Origin: Tubiluchus corallicola
Lineage: Eukaryota; Animalia; Priapulida
Assembly: GCA_030141605.1 (NCBI GenBank)
Contig: JAQGDQ010000329.1
Location: 203,028 to 267,027 of the forward strand
Direction: 5' to 3'
DNA length: 64,000 nucleotides
Both the position numbers and the translations under genes were made by a program. Below, one piece after another: positions 11,901 through 24,579 of this stretch; the stretch's first letter is position 1, and each line of letters opens with the position of its first letter. Below the pieces are notes generated by a model. It was not told the DNA's origin. It searched no databases and saw only the letters and a list, made by a program, of their open reading frames with translations.

Positions 11901-14900
11901 TGAAACATTTTAAACATTATTGTTTGTATAGTTTCAGTTAGATCGCATGGCATTTATGAAAGTTATATAGTTTAAACGGGCAATTTGGTCATGGAACTAT
12001 TGAAACATACAACCTGTCAATTCGACTTCTAACTTGAATATTTGTTGGCTAAGCTGCAAAACTTATTATTTTTTCTCAGTTTTAAAAATTTCTGTTTTAT
12101 CCCAATCGTGTCACTATGTGAAATGTGTTGTTGTCGCCTGAACATTTTTTGCTGTAAATAACTAATAAATGTAGAAAGAAACATGAGCTGTCTTGTGTTA
12201 AACATATCACTTAATTTGCTGATGTAGTGCATTTTGACGAAGTTCTATAGCAATGCAACAACTTTGTGTATGCAAACATGTAGTACAGTAGATTCTATTC
12301 AAGTGAGTCGCAATTTTCCATAGCTTCTTATTTCCAATGTTTATAAACAACCGATGATACACCTTCCTAAGTATGGCCTTTGATGTGCTAACACTAAAAT
12401 TTTTATTCGTAGAATTAAGAAAGTTTCATAACTACAATATACATACAACACAAAATTATCATTAAAATGTTTCCTGGCACAGATATAGGAACTTCCGAAA
12501 ATAAACAAGCACTTTGAATTGACTTGTACACTTAGCAACACCTTAGTAGCAGTTCATTAAAATCAATAAATAGTTCGTTACAAGAATTTGCAAATTTTGT
12601 GAATGTTGCATCAGAACATTTCTTAGTGGCATCATCCAGTGACAGTTAGTTACAATTTTTTGTAGCAGTCTGGAATGCAATATGTGTAGCAATTGTTTAG
12701 TTTTATAACCAAAACTTTGAAATAGATTTAAAATATCAATTCATGTGTACGCACTTGTTGCCACTCACTTTAATGATTAGTCAAACGCTTCCAGTTATTA
12801 AATTGTCCATAAAATGTGCCAAGACGTTATACTTGAAATCACTGTGATGGCTAATGAAGGCGGCAGCATTTGTTTTGTTTTTGACAGTCATAACAGCATG
12901 AATTTATATCTTACTGGCATGCAAAATTGCTACAGCTATTTTTTTCAGTACTTGTAGAATTGTAATTCAGAATTTCTTTGTTATAGGTACCAAGGGCAGC
13001 CATACAAATTTAGCACTTCTGGCTTAGATGCTGTATCCATTTTGGTAAACTAGGGACAAGATTTCTTCAGTTAACATCAAATTCACAGAGGAATTTAGTG
13101 GCCCTTTTGTGGTTTATCATTTTGAAAAGTGTAGGCCTTTGTTAGTACATCATAAATTGGCTTTACTGTTTGTTTAACTGCTTGAAGCATAGCAGACTTA
13201 TCATGATAGCAGAATAATGTGTTATTTGATTATAATTTAATACTGATTATGTGCAAAATGTTTCATGGTTTCTATTAGTAAAACCTCCTTATACTGCTCG
13301 CTATGCGACTCTAGAAAAAGCTGACATTAAGCAAGTTTGGCGTGATGATGAGATGCATTAATACATACATGTCTATGCAAATATGGACATTTTCTTTTAT
13401 CAAAAAATTGGGTGTTAAACGAGGTTAGCATTATAAATGCGGGCTATATAACGAGGTTTGGCTGCATTATATTTTAGTAATTCACAACATTTTCTTAACA
13501 CTTCTGTCAGTTCACAAGGCATAAACTCTTAGTCAACAACTACTTACTTTATTATCCTGGTGCCAGAGAAGAACATTTCAAACGAGATTCGTAAGTTTTA
13601 ATCATTCTGAAACTCATGTTATTTAACATTGTTGATCGTCAAACTAACAGTTATTAAATATAGATAGACTAAATTTTTTATACTTACTTTATTCAGTCAT
13701 TCTCCTTTATCAAATGGTGTCGGCCCACTTTAAAACTGCACGCTTTCATTTCAGAATAAGTGAAGTTTTACTTGTGTTTTCTATTCACATGGTGATTGAG
13801 GATTGATTTTTTCTAAACAAGAATGCCAATTCTTTGCTTCTGGGTTATGTGTTAACAAACTGTGTAGGTTAAGGAAAAATTCATGATGGGGTTTCACTTT
13901 AACAGCAGGAAATATTTTTGGTTTTCCTCATCCTGAAAAAATTGTCATTTTCTGTGCCTTTTAATCCCAAAATTCAACGTGTTTAGGTCAAAAGACAAAA
14001 AGGACATAGACGTCATCAGAGAGCATCATCAGTTTCTCTGGCGTGAAGATGACGATACTGACAGTTTGTGGTAAATTTCTAACAAGGTTTTGCCTAAATT
14101 TGTGATAGTGATTCTTACTAAAACTTACGTTAAACTCAAAAGGCAGTCAGTAGCCGTATGCATTTAACAGTGGTGTTTAGTACATTGTTTACACAATATT
14201 GTTTCACTCTTGTCAAAGTTTATGTTGGCATCTATAGGCATCTATGGTAAAGTAAAGGTGCAAATGGCAAAACTGAAAAATTAACATTAAAGTGGTTCAC
14301 AGTAAAATGGTAAACAATAAGCATGGAGATGTTTTTCGTAAATAATTCTGAAAGTAGTCATTTTCTTGCAGGGAAAAGAGGCTCGCAAAGAAATACTATG
14401 ACAAGCTTTTTAAAGAGTACTGTATCTGTGATCTTTCTCGATATAAAGAAAATAAGGTGATTAGTGATGTGCGGGTGCACTTAGTTGTTATACAACTGAA
14501 GAATCATGGTTTCTTAGTTTGTTATTCAAAAAAGATGTTTTCTTTGTATCCTTGACTGTCAGTCATTTTACCTTAACTAGCACAAAAAAATTATCTATAA
14601 TTATTCATTTGCAGTTGATACTTCTTGTAGGTAATGTAACCTGTGTTCATTCGTATAACATTATTGCATCTACATTGTTAGCCATCCTAAAAATCTCAGT
14701 TTTATTCTTAAGGTTGCAATGAGATGGAGAATAGAAGCTGAAGTAATATCTGGAAAAGGTACGTTTGATATCCCATTCGTTGTACATTCATTGTATTGGG
14801 AGTTGCAAGTTTTGCAAAATATTTGCAAGTTGCAGGTCTGCGCATGGTCAGAAATGTCATTGTTCTACAAGAATCTATGGGACTCATTTTTAAATTGTAT

Positions 14901-17900
14901 TTATAAATATACAGTCTAGCCTCGTTATCTCGCCCCTCGTTATGCCGCCAAACTCGTCTCTCGCCATAGATTTTACCAGGACGGATTTCCTGCTTTGATA
15001 TTTACCTCGTTAAATTGCCACCCTCGCCACGTCATGCTAGGATGAGTACTTAGGTAAACTATATTCGTTATGTCGCCAAACAGACAAACTCAGAGGTGAA
15101 TCGATCAATACATATACTGCGTGTGGATCAATATAACCGCGGTATGTAGACAATGCTGCTGTACTCAACAGACAGACATAATTAATCTAGTGTGTGTCTC
15201 ACCAGGATTAGATTAGGAGTGCTGTGGTTGGTTAATGCGCAGAGAAACTAAAGCGTCACCGATATCCTTACTCTATAACACCAAAGCTGCGTTTAAGTTT
15301 GAGTTTCCACAAAGTGTGAGCAACTTTACATGATGTCTCTGAAGCGAAAACTGTTTTGTCTTAATCCTGAACAAAAAAAGGAAATTTGTATTTATCATAC
15401 GAACGGGCAGGCCGCGGGCAGCAGCGATGAAGATGACACGGGCAGTTGCGATGAAGACGATGGCTCATCTCATGTATCGAATGACCAGGCAGCAGCAGCT
15501 GTCGACACACTGATGCGATATTTTGAACAGTCTGACATCGTCACAAGTGACGATATTCAAGGATTGTGTGTATCATCAATGAAACAGTCGTCTCTTCTGA
15601 ATTATTTCAGTCGTCAGTATCTCATTTGTGAACATTTCTAAATCTTTTGCTATGTTTATTGCATTTAAGTGTATACTCGAAAAAGGTTTTTTAAATAAAA
15701 AAATAACATTCTAAGATTATTTTTATGACATTTTTTTCATTTCTGATTTAATGTTGATTGGTATCATAATGCGAAATATATTTTATATGTACATAGAGGA
15801 ACACTATGTTAATCAACTATTATGTACAGTATGTATATACATATAGACTAACTTCGTTATATCACCGTTATCTCGCCATACTCGCCTCTCGCTAAAAATT
15901 TGCCCTAGACAGACAGGGGCGAGTATACTGTTAGACTGTATATGTTAATACAATGTTAATGGCCCTGTTGCAGATATACGCTTCGCTCGGCGATGAGGTA
16001 TTGAAAAAAAGTACAAGCGCTCACGGTACGTCGTCCACACTTAGTGCATTTATATAATGAATAAACTTTCTGTGCACTTTTTACATTAGTTGTCTGACTA
16101 GTTTATATGACCACCAGTGAACACAAAAAAGGGACCTCAGAACGAGTCAACGGACTGCCGTGCAGTCACATACAATATACACTTAGTGTGCCAATAGGAA
16201 AGAATAAAGTTTTGCAAACTGATGTTTGATGGGAAATGCGTAAGATTTGGGTTATCATAATAAGTCTTTTCACAGTCTTCACAGGTCAAAGGTTATGTGT
16301 ACCATATCAGTGTGTCTTAACTATAACCATCACACAGCATGTGCGTAAAGCAAAGCCATCTGCTCTGTACCAATTCAGTAATTCACGGTTGTTTTACATG
16401 GGCTTTACTTAATTATGCATTATTCTGTGCGTAGAGTGATTTACTAGCAGGATCTTGCTTGGGAACAAGAAAAAATTAACTGGGTGAGGTTCTCGGTAGC
16501 TGTTAAAACTGTTACTATTATAATGGCTTGGGCCATGAGGTGTTGTCAAGTGTACACAAATGCGTTGTCTGGTACACTTAACTTTTGAGCTTTTCGCAAT
16601 CATCATCAATCACTGGAACTGTGAAAAAGCTTATTATGTTAAGTCAAACTGTTATGCTTAAAGGCACTTAGAGGTTGATGTGGGTGTGAATACTTAATTT
16701 TAAATAAGGAATAGGCAGAGTTTCCTTACTGTGTATGACCTGAAAGCTTGTAACGAGGCAGATTCAACCCTGTGAGTTTACTCGACATTACGTGTCATTT
16801 GACAATCAAAGATGGCAAATGACAGCTTCGAGTCACTTGATGGCAATTTCTAGGACATGTCTAAGAAAAGCTCGATGCTATATTTAATAAAAAATAATAA
16901 AACCACAATGGCTCATTTTTTACTAGTCAAGGTTTCCCACATTTCTAAGCTTTTGTAGGACACTTTCAATGCGGAAATAACAAGTGCAACAACACAGAAT
17001 CGCTTAGGTCTTGGGAGGTCAATTTTGGATATGTGGAACATGGAGAGAAGAAGAATGCTCTAGTCAAACTAAGTATGTAACTATGATATTTCATTAAACT
17101 GAGACAAAACATATCTTTCTTACTAGAGATCCATATATGAATAGACTATAGGCTTATTAACACAGATCGAATAATTCAAAGTAACCCACTCCGCATTTAC
17201 CCAATGCCACAAATAAGTAAACACAATATACTGGGCACTTATAAAATTGCACTGGTAACTGTGATTAATGATTGTATCAATGATTAAATGTATTGTATGA
17301 ACTGCATTGATTGTAGGCATATAGTATTCTATTATATCGTACGGTAATGTATTGTTTTAAATCAATAATACAGTAGGCACCGCTTAATAGACTCACTTTG
17401 GGACCGAAGTGTTTTGACCCAATTAACCGACTGAACCTATTAACCGATGGGTGTAGTATTCCTGGTATAGAAGTTTGAGTCACCAGCTTACTATGCAAAA
17501 GTTTTTAATGAATTTTAGAAACGAAGTAATGCCTAAATTTCTTTGTGCAGTTAAAAATTAAAAAATGTATTTTAAAATATCAAATATTAATTTATATAAC
17601 TGAATTAGCAATGCATTAAAAAGTATACTTTTCTAAATCAGACAAGTCTGTTTATTTGCAAAAATTACAAAAATTCCTTCAAAGTCAGCTGTTTCATTTC
17701 ATCGCAAAGAAGTTGGCTCACAAAGTTCTCATAATGACAAAAACATTGAAAATCTGTTGTACGATGCATAAATTCTCGTAAAACACTTAGTGCTTGGCGT
17801 GCTTAAATTGTTGGTGATGCCCACGTTTCCCCGCAAGTAGCTTCGTCTGTAGTTTTGCCTAAGCTTCTGCTTGCTATTGTGACACACTTACTGTACTGTA

Positions 17901-19577
17901 CCTGTATCCCAGGCATAATGGCAAGATCTACCTGGTTAAACTTTCTGGCAAAGACAGCCTCAAAGGCAAACCGCTAAGCAAGTGATTAAATGTTTAGCCT
18001 CCAGGAATTCTTGGGTAACGAGGTTAATTGCAGTAGATGTGCTGGTCAAAGGAAACCATCAGGCTAGCATATTAGCGTATGATAAACGTTCCTGCTTACA
18101 ACAGACCAAACGGTACTTAACATGATTATTTCTATGTATATTATAGGACAAAAGCGAACTAAGATGATGTGAAAGTCATAAAAGCTTATTAGTCACACGA
18201 AAGTGTCTTACTGAAGTCAGTTATTGTATTGTATTGAATAATGGCTGCATAAAATGATCGTGACTCTCTTTTCTATTGTAAATGCAACTGAACCTGCTTA
18301 ATAAATCAATGATTTTTGTGTTATGATAGTTCAATTAGTCAGTGTGGATGGTATTAATTGTGTGATTAGCTTTCATTTGGTTTGTTCTGCTACTTTAGTT
18401 TAGTATTTTCATGTGCTCCTTGAACAACAGTTTTTTTCAAATACCAGTTTTTTATCTGTGATAAATTGCTGTTCATTAACTTCCTTATCATACACAACTG
18501 TTATTCAGTATAATAGTAAATAAAGATTATTCTATCTATCTAGGAATTGGGAAAGTGCATTAATAAAAACCATTAGCCATGTGCTTTGCTTTATTTTTGT
18601 AGGATTATGCCTGGACTGCTCTTACATGCTGAATTATCATCATAAGTAAGTAAACATTTTCTCGTATAGTTACTGAGTTAAATATCTTAGCAATGTATTG
18701 TGTTTTAGGTTAATTCATTTTATTAGTAGGCTGTATTTTTTGTTCATTTTCCAGAAGAAAAGATGTAACAAACAAGCGAAAAAAGAAAATCCTTACTCAC
18801 CATGGTGTTGATGAATTGACATCTACACCTGCTACCACTTCGAAGGGTAAGCATCATGGTTTACATCTCCCAGCAAATCTGTACAAGAAAACTTGTTCAC
18901 TTTTGTAAAAATTATAAATCATCTGGATTTTTTCAGACATTCCGTCTTCATCAAATAAAGGTACAATTTCATCAGAACAATCTGAAGATGAACCAGACCA
19001 GGTTGCAGAGTCTGCAGAAGATATATGGAAAGCGCCAGTTAAATTCACAGAAGATAAAACAAGGTTACATTTCATTTACTTTCTGCATTTTGCATTCTTT
19101 TAAAAAATTTTGGTAATAGTTAGGGTATGAACAGAAACTGGAAAATTCTACTTGCACAAAATTTTAAAATTAAATTGTTTGGATGAATATATACTTTATC
19201 AAATGTTTCAGTATTTGATTAGAGTGTATCAATATATCAAAGAATATTTCGCTACCCCAAGAAGACGTGTCATTATATATCATGAATGCATTAAAAGTAG
19301 TACATACTTCTTTTGTTTTGAAGATTCCTGGTAAGGGAAAGGTGCTGTTTGTTTGCTTTTCTGCAATGTTAAATGTGTCTTTATGTTCTACTTCTAATTA
19401 TGTGTAAGTGTGAACAGTTTCTAATGCCTTAATCAAGTGCAGTAACGATGACAACCAGTAATTATCCTTTTATTCTTTGTAAGCTTATATATAATGTTGT
19501 GCCGTTGTTTTATTTACTGTCTTTATTTTTTTAGGAATGAAGAATTTGAAGAATATTTTGAAGACCTGTTCTTATAA
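8905..19577 (+). CDS. FRA10AC1: Protein FRA10AC1 homolog (spliceosome-associated); start-codon exon not located
   Basis: Twelve phase-consistent exons: 8905-8960, 10359-10448, 12987-13032, 13511-13590, 13987-14070, 14372-14456, 14713-14758, 16959-17072, 18603-18645, 18755-18846, 18937-19063, 19535-19577 (906 nt, ends TAA). They encode DVIREHHQFLW, WEKRLAKKYYDKLFKEYCICDLSRYKENK, RWRIEAEVISGKG, CGNNKC, LRSWEVNFGYVEHGEKKNALVKLRLCLDCSYMLNYHHK and C-terminal EEFEEYFEDLFL, all matching FRA10AC1. AATAAA at 19941. Confidence 0.93.
9690..10040. mobile_element. MITE-like repeat, copy 1
   Basis: Internal inverted repeats AGGTCAAAGGTTAAGTGTACCA / TGGTACATTTAACCTTTGACCT; homologous in opposite orientation to 16255-16650. 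Confidence 0.55.
10865..11698 (+). CDS. SNIP1: Smad nuclear-interacting protein 1 (RES complex, Pml1 ortholog), intronless, nested in a FRA10AC1 intron
   Basis: 277-aa ORF with an R/S/K-rich N-terminus, KPNFEISGKLAEDTNTYRGVVIKYNQPPEARRP..RWRLYPFK and an FHA domain (YLLGRDR..DIPVDHPSCSKQHAVLQFR..IIDLESANGTFVN..LKFGYSSREYVLLHE). Acceptor-like TTTTTTAAG ends at 10863; ATTAAA at 11871. Confidence 0.95.
   Translation: MKRRARSASPVHERTDRVKSHNRKKRHHHNDMNQEPDSDEHESDRSSHRKKRKRRSPIIKREPSADLDPNLPIKTEPVDNGYGRRSHSRQDSQDVSRLHDKDDKNKKAKSTEKQKPNFEISGKLAEDTNTYRGVVIKYNQPPEARRPKTRWRLYPFKGEATLPVLYVHRQSAYLLGRDRLVADIPVDHPSCSKQHAVLQFRLVNYNREDGTVGRRVRPFIIDLESANGTFVNNKKIESRVYVELMEKDVLKFGYSSREYVLLHEQSKDDEADHEDAD
13033..13510 (+). 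other. U12-type intron of FRA10AC1
   Basis: Donor GTATCCATTT; branch-point-like TTTCTTAAC at 13491-13499, 11 nt before the exon start; no long pyrimidine tract. Joins ...GLDA to FTRHKLLVNNY in phase 0. Confidence 0.8.
13276..13464. mobile_element. ~190-200-bp Tigger-type MITE (other members at ~43628-43781, ~45254-45390, 51357-51559)
   Basis: Ends AGTAAAACCTC...GAGGTTTGGCTG; shared internal ATGTCTATGCAAATAT and AAAAATTGGG segments across copies. Confidence 0.6.
14912..15938 (+). mobile_element. Internally deleted Tigger/pogo element with residual ORF 15330-15641
   Basis: TA-CAGTCTA...TAGACTG-TA ends with subterminal CTCGTTA/TCGCC repeats. The ORF begins like a CENP-B/Tigger HTH (KRKLFCLNPEQKKEIC) and ends like a Tigger C-terminus (acidic tract, AAAAVDTLMRYFEQ, KQSSLLNYF); no DDE domain. 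Confidence 0.78.
16255..16650. mobile_element. MITE-like repeat, copy 2 (inverted relative to 9690-10040)
   Basis: Reverse-complement match, e.g. TGTCAAGTGTACACAAAT..TGGTACACTTAAC..ATCATCATCAATCA vs 9730-9800. Confidence 0.55.
17371..18180. mobile_element. Second, truncated copy of the 3066-4040 Tigger-like element
   Basis: TA-CAGTAGGCACCGCTTAATAGACTCACTTTGGGACC start and long colinear similarity to 3066-3850; right TIR not seen. Confidence 0.8.
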
Positions 19578-21680
19578 CAACAGACATTTCTAAAAGTGCA
19601 GTTTATCAAAAGTTTTGGAAGTATCCCCTTCTACATAAGCTTTGCTTAGTCATCAGTCACCTTACTGTATACTAAAAGTTGTCGATAACCTGTTGTGCAA
19701 AGTGCATTAGTGGTGGCACTTATTGATTTTTCGCTAAATTTAGGTATTTTTTTATAACTGAACATTCAGAGTGATTTAATTATTGATATTATTGAGAATT
19801 TTTAACAGCTGTTATCTACACCAACGGGAATTTAGCGGAAACGTACTGTCTTGTGAAACTGGAGATCCACTTACTATTTCCATAAGACACGCTGAGATAT
19901 GTAAATTAGGTTTTAAAAATGTTGATTATGACTTAATGTGAATAAAGCAAGTGTGTAGTGATATTCAGAGAGAGCCTGCTGCTGGTTATTAAATACGCCG
20001 TAAGCACATTAAAATGTATGACAATGAAATATGTACTTTCATGGTATTTTTGACCTAAAGTCATTTTCCATGGATTAATCATGACTGTTAGTAGATATTA
20101 TAATATCAGTAACATGTAGAGCAGAATAGAATAAATTTATTATGCAATAATGAATACAATCAATACGATAATAATAATAATGATTGAAATGTTATTGTAA
20201 GGAGGAAGTACTTTTTATCCTTCCTCCTACAGGTGATTACAATAACTGACAATATTAATTTATAACTACTTAAATTCATTTTAAAAGCAAACTGTAAATT
20301 TCAGGAAACCGGTGAAAATTTAGGGAACAGCTTTTACCTCACTGTGTCTTAACAACAGATAAACACTTAAACAACTGAAAAGCTCTGAAAAAACTATTCT
20401 CAGTCACCAACAATAACTCTTAAAGCAGATACATCTAGAACACACTTATTGGATATATTATGAATAATGATGAAATGGAATTTATTTAATTGATTATTTT
20501 AAACTTAAACATTTTAAATTCAATTAATGTAGAATTAAATTTAATTCAATTGTGTAGAATATCTAATTAATATAGTACAACAGATTTTTGTTTAATAATC
20601 AGCATTTTATTGGTTTTGTTGTTGTTGTATCGGATATCATCTTTGGAAGAATGCTCCATTCTCAGTACCAAACATTTAGCTATTTTACAAATACTAACTA
20701 AACACTCGTTGATTAACATTTGAAAAACAATGGAATTCAAAGAATTTAGCAATGCATTGTCAGATGTCAGAAGCAACTGGCACTGATTCCTAAAACTCAC
20801 AGAAATATAATGCTTACTGTAGTATAATTAATTTTTGTGGTCTGATACAGGTACATGTAATTGCCCAAAGTTTTATGATTCACGTTTGTAAATTGCTCGA
20901 ATCCACAATTGTCGATAGAAGATGGCGACACGATCCCAAAACAAAATCACAGTGGCGCGACTGCGTGGTGGTCGGGGGGAAGATTCTGCCGCCCGTAGAT
21001 GTACAATTTCTGTTGATGACAGTTATTTTATCGTTTTTGTGAAATTCAGAAAATGAGTTAAAAGTTTGATATGAACTAACGCAGCTATTGATAAGAGCAT
21101 ATTCAGTTTATTAATAGGCGATGCTACCGTTAGCATTTTGGAATCAAAATAGGAAACTTGAGCAGACGAAATCAGAAAGCGATGCGATGAAAGGTGGGTA
21201 GGAAACAGGGTTTTGACGTTGAGACTGCTTTTGGCCTGTTTTCGTATTGTTTTCGATTTTTACTCTTGTTTTGTTCGAACTGATACGACCACAGATTATC
21301 CGTTGTGCGCGTACTGCTCGCTGGCGCTTGCAGGCTGCATTTTGGCCGGGCACTAATTTTTAGCTTTTTCTAGTACTACTACTACTGAGTACTAGTGTGT
21401 GTTTTCACCGGTGTTAAAAAAAATAGACATTTCTATCTCTTAAAGAGAGACTAAAAAGAAGGAATTAAGAATTTTAGTGCTTACAGGTAGTGCTGGGAAT
21501 TAATTTCAGTTTTATGATTATTTGTCAACCTTCAGAAACGATTGATGACAGACTAATAATCGATCGTGATATTTAGTAATGCTGCTTCAAGATGAAATTA
21601 CAACTGACACTGTATGCGTTGTTTGTCCTACAGTAATTAAATTTCAGAAATGAGTGGTGAAGTGTGCAAAATCTTATGTT

Positions 21681-21799
21681 GCATTCAGGCATAATGACTT
21701 TTCTCACAACTTGCTGCACAACTTCTCTCTGAGAGTAAAGTCACACTTGTGAACGGGTTGACAACCTAAGTTGCGAGAGAAGTGTCTATGCCTGAGTGC
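21681..21799. repeat. Small inverted-repeat element (MITE-like)
   Basis: GCATTCAGGCATAATGACTTTTCTCACAACTT pairs imperfectly with AAGTTGCGAGAGAAGTGTCTATGCCTGAGTGC. Confidence 0.5.
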
Positions 21800-22327
21800 G
21801 CCATTATTCTCCTTAAACGATCGTCGATCATGTTATGTTATAAGCATCACGGTTGACAGCCTTTCCATAAAATCGATTAATCTGAGCAACACTACTTACA
21901 ACACACCATCAGTGAGTGTTGCCTGACCCTTAACCCTGACAATTTTTGTAACCTATCCTTTCAAAATCATACTCGATTACACAATATGAATTAGTTAAAG
22001 GTGTGAAGTTTCTTCTGTTGGTCTGCAAACTTATAATTTGAACTTCAAAACCAATCGTGCATTTGGACTTACAACGTTTTTAAATATTATGATATATTTT
22101 TGCAAGAATGGACACATATATACTTCCTAAAAGTATGTTTGTCGCGTATGAAATTTAGCAATTAACTTGTTGACACATTACTGGCAACACAGCTACCTTA
22201 AGTCTACCAAGCTTGTTGGTTTAGTGGTTTATTTTTGAATGAGTAATTATTGATAAAAACTGAACAATTTAAAATTAATTTTTGGTAGTAACAACTTAGA
22301 AAAGATTTCACTCATGAATTCGAATTA

Positions 22328-23598
22328 CAGTCAAACCTCGTTATATCGCCGACTGTTATACTGCCAAACTTGTTTAGCGCCTGCAAAATGTCATGGAATG
22401 CAAAATGCTAACAAAACGGCTGCATTCAAATGTATATAAAAATAACCCATTATACTATCTCCTGTTACCTGACATCCGACTGGCAAACTACACTCATATC
22501 TCGGTTTGCCGGACCTCGCTTTTACGGATATCAGCAAAGTCAGACAATATCTGGACCTTTAAAAGTTCTGCATTCAACGGATACAGTCCGTTGTTTCGCG
22601 AACTGACCGCTAATTGGTGGGCCGTGATTTCGTTTTCATTGTTACACCAGTGCAGCCAATTAGCGTGTAACGACACGTGTAGCTTGTATGTCAAATATTT
22701 TTGAGACAATTAGGCGATTGATTCTATATTATTGTGAGTCTAATACATGGCTGTATTACCTGAGTATCAGTAAATGCGGACGATCAGCAAATTCGGAACG
22801 ACATCCACCCGCTTTTGTCTGGCAAACCGAAGACGTGATATATGTTCAATGGGAAAATTCCACCAATGTCTCAACAAAGCTTATGAATGACTACCACTAT
22901 GAGCTGGTCTCTACTAGTGCCAGGGGCTTCTCTTTACAGCACCAACTGTTTGGCACTGCTATATACTCCGCTGAGTCGCTGTCACGCACTGGTCAGATGT
23001 CGCTTGTTATACTCTGCTGAGTCGCTGTCACACACTGGTCAGATGTCGCTTGTTTAAAATAATGCATGTTATAATGTTTTGATTGTCTACAAGTTGTACT
23101 ATACATCGTACAACACAATAACAATATTCTGACTATTGTCAATGCCAAGCAGTCATAATGGCAACTGACAAAAAAAAACATTACTCTTCTTTCATGAGTG
23201 AAAAGCGTGAAATTTTGCTTGTTTTCTAAGAATCTTCTAAGCAAATCACAACAAGAAAGTTGTAGTTATAACTCAAAGCTTTTTTTACATGTATCTTAGT
23301 GGAGACAACAGTTTATTGCATTTAAGACTGAGTACACGGCACGTTTATTATGTAAACAAAAAGTATTTAATAAAACTTGATTGATTTTGAGTGAATCATT
23401 AATTCACAGATAATAATTTAATAATTTTCTTTTAATTCATTCTCCTTTAGAGTGAAAATTGAGAACTCTAACCAGCATCTACTTGTTCTGACTGCTTCAA
23501 AATTTTACTATGGCAAAATTTAACACAACTCGTTATAATGCCAAACTCGCTATAAGGTCAACTTTTTTCCAGTCCCAAAATGGACGGAAGTTTGACCG
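22328..23598. mobile_element. Non-autonomous Tigger-like element (contains a 46-bp tandem duplication at ~22961-23053)
   Basis: TA-CAGTCAAACCTCGTTAT start, GAAGTTTGACCG-TA end, subterminal CTCGTTATAATGCCAAACTCG motifs shared with the other Tigger MITEs. Confidence 0.65.
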
Positions 23599-24579
23599 TA
23601 GTACATTGAGTACAGTCATAAATGTGTCAAGCACTTTTTCCTGTTACGGTTTTGTTTACACACAGATGATTTAGATCTTAGAAAACCACTTCCCAGAACA
23701 AAATTGCCGGAATTTTTTCCCAGAGAAACTATTTCCTAGAAAACTCATTTCGCAGAAAAAATGTTTCCCAGAAAGATTTTTTGATAAAAAACCACAGCTA
23801 TGTTTTCAAGTTCTAAATCTGCTATTTTAATAGAATAACACCTTGGACTTCTCTCTCTGTTTCCTTCTCCTCCTTTACCATCCTACACCCTCGCATCTTC
23901 TCCCTCTTTCCTTTCCTGCTTGTCTCTCTCTCCCTCTTTAAATAAGGGATCAACCTTGTTTTTTTATTTTATTTTGGAAAAATATTTTGTTTTGAAACTT
24001 CATTGCTGCAATTTCAAGTTTTTAGGATGAAATTGTTTTCTGGGCAAAGTAATTTGCAATGTATCATTTGCTGCATGTAATCACTGCATATAATAGGATT
24101 TGAAAATAAAGTTTAATAAATAATAATTATAAAAACTGAAAACACCAAGACTGCGAACCATACAGATTTGTTAATATTTTGAGTCAATTTTTGCTCAAAA
24201 ATTTATGTTTCTTTGAAATTTTTTTACAGATTCTTTTATGGTAGGGCCAGATCTAGTTCATTATCAAAATAATCCTCTGAGATGAAATACTGACTTTATT
24301 TTGTAAAATTGGAAGATTTTTGTTATGTTACTTATTACTCTGTTATTAGTGCTCCTAGCAGAGTGCTTTTCTGAAATGATGTTTTAGTTATATGTTAAAT
24401 CGCTGGTTGTAAAAGGGCAACTGACAGTTTGAAAATGTTAAGAGTGAGCTAAAAAAACTAACTATTTTATTTTCATTGTGTTACCGGAACTGGTGATCTC
24501 CTATAAGCATTATATGCTTTCACATTGAGTTTTTTAGTGACTTGATTAAAGTCATTTAACACTATAACTTTTTTAGTAA

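Noticed and set aside
20919-21043. AAGATGGCG (YY1-like/start context) and short ORF as a LANCL3 promoter or uORF
   Set aside because: Plausible location but may be transposon-derived; cannot be supported without TSS data.
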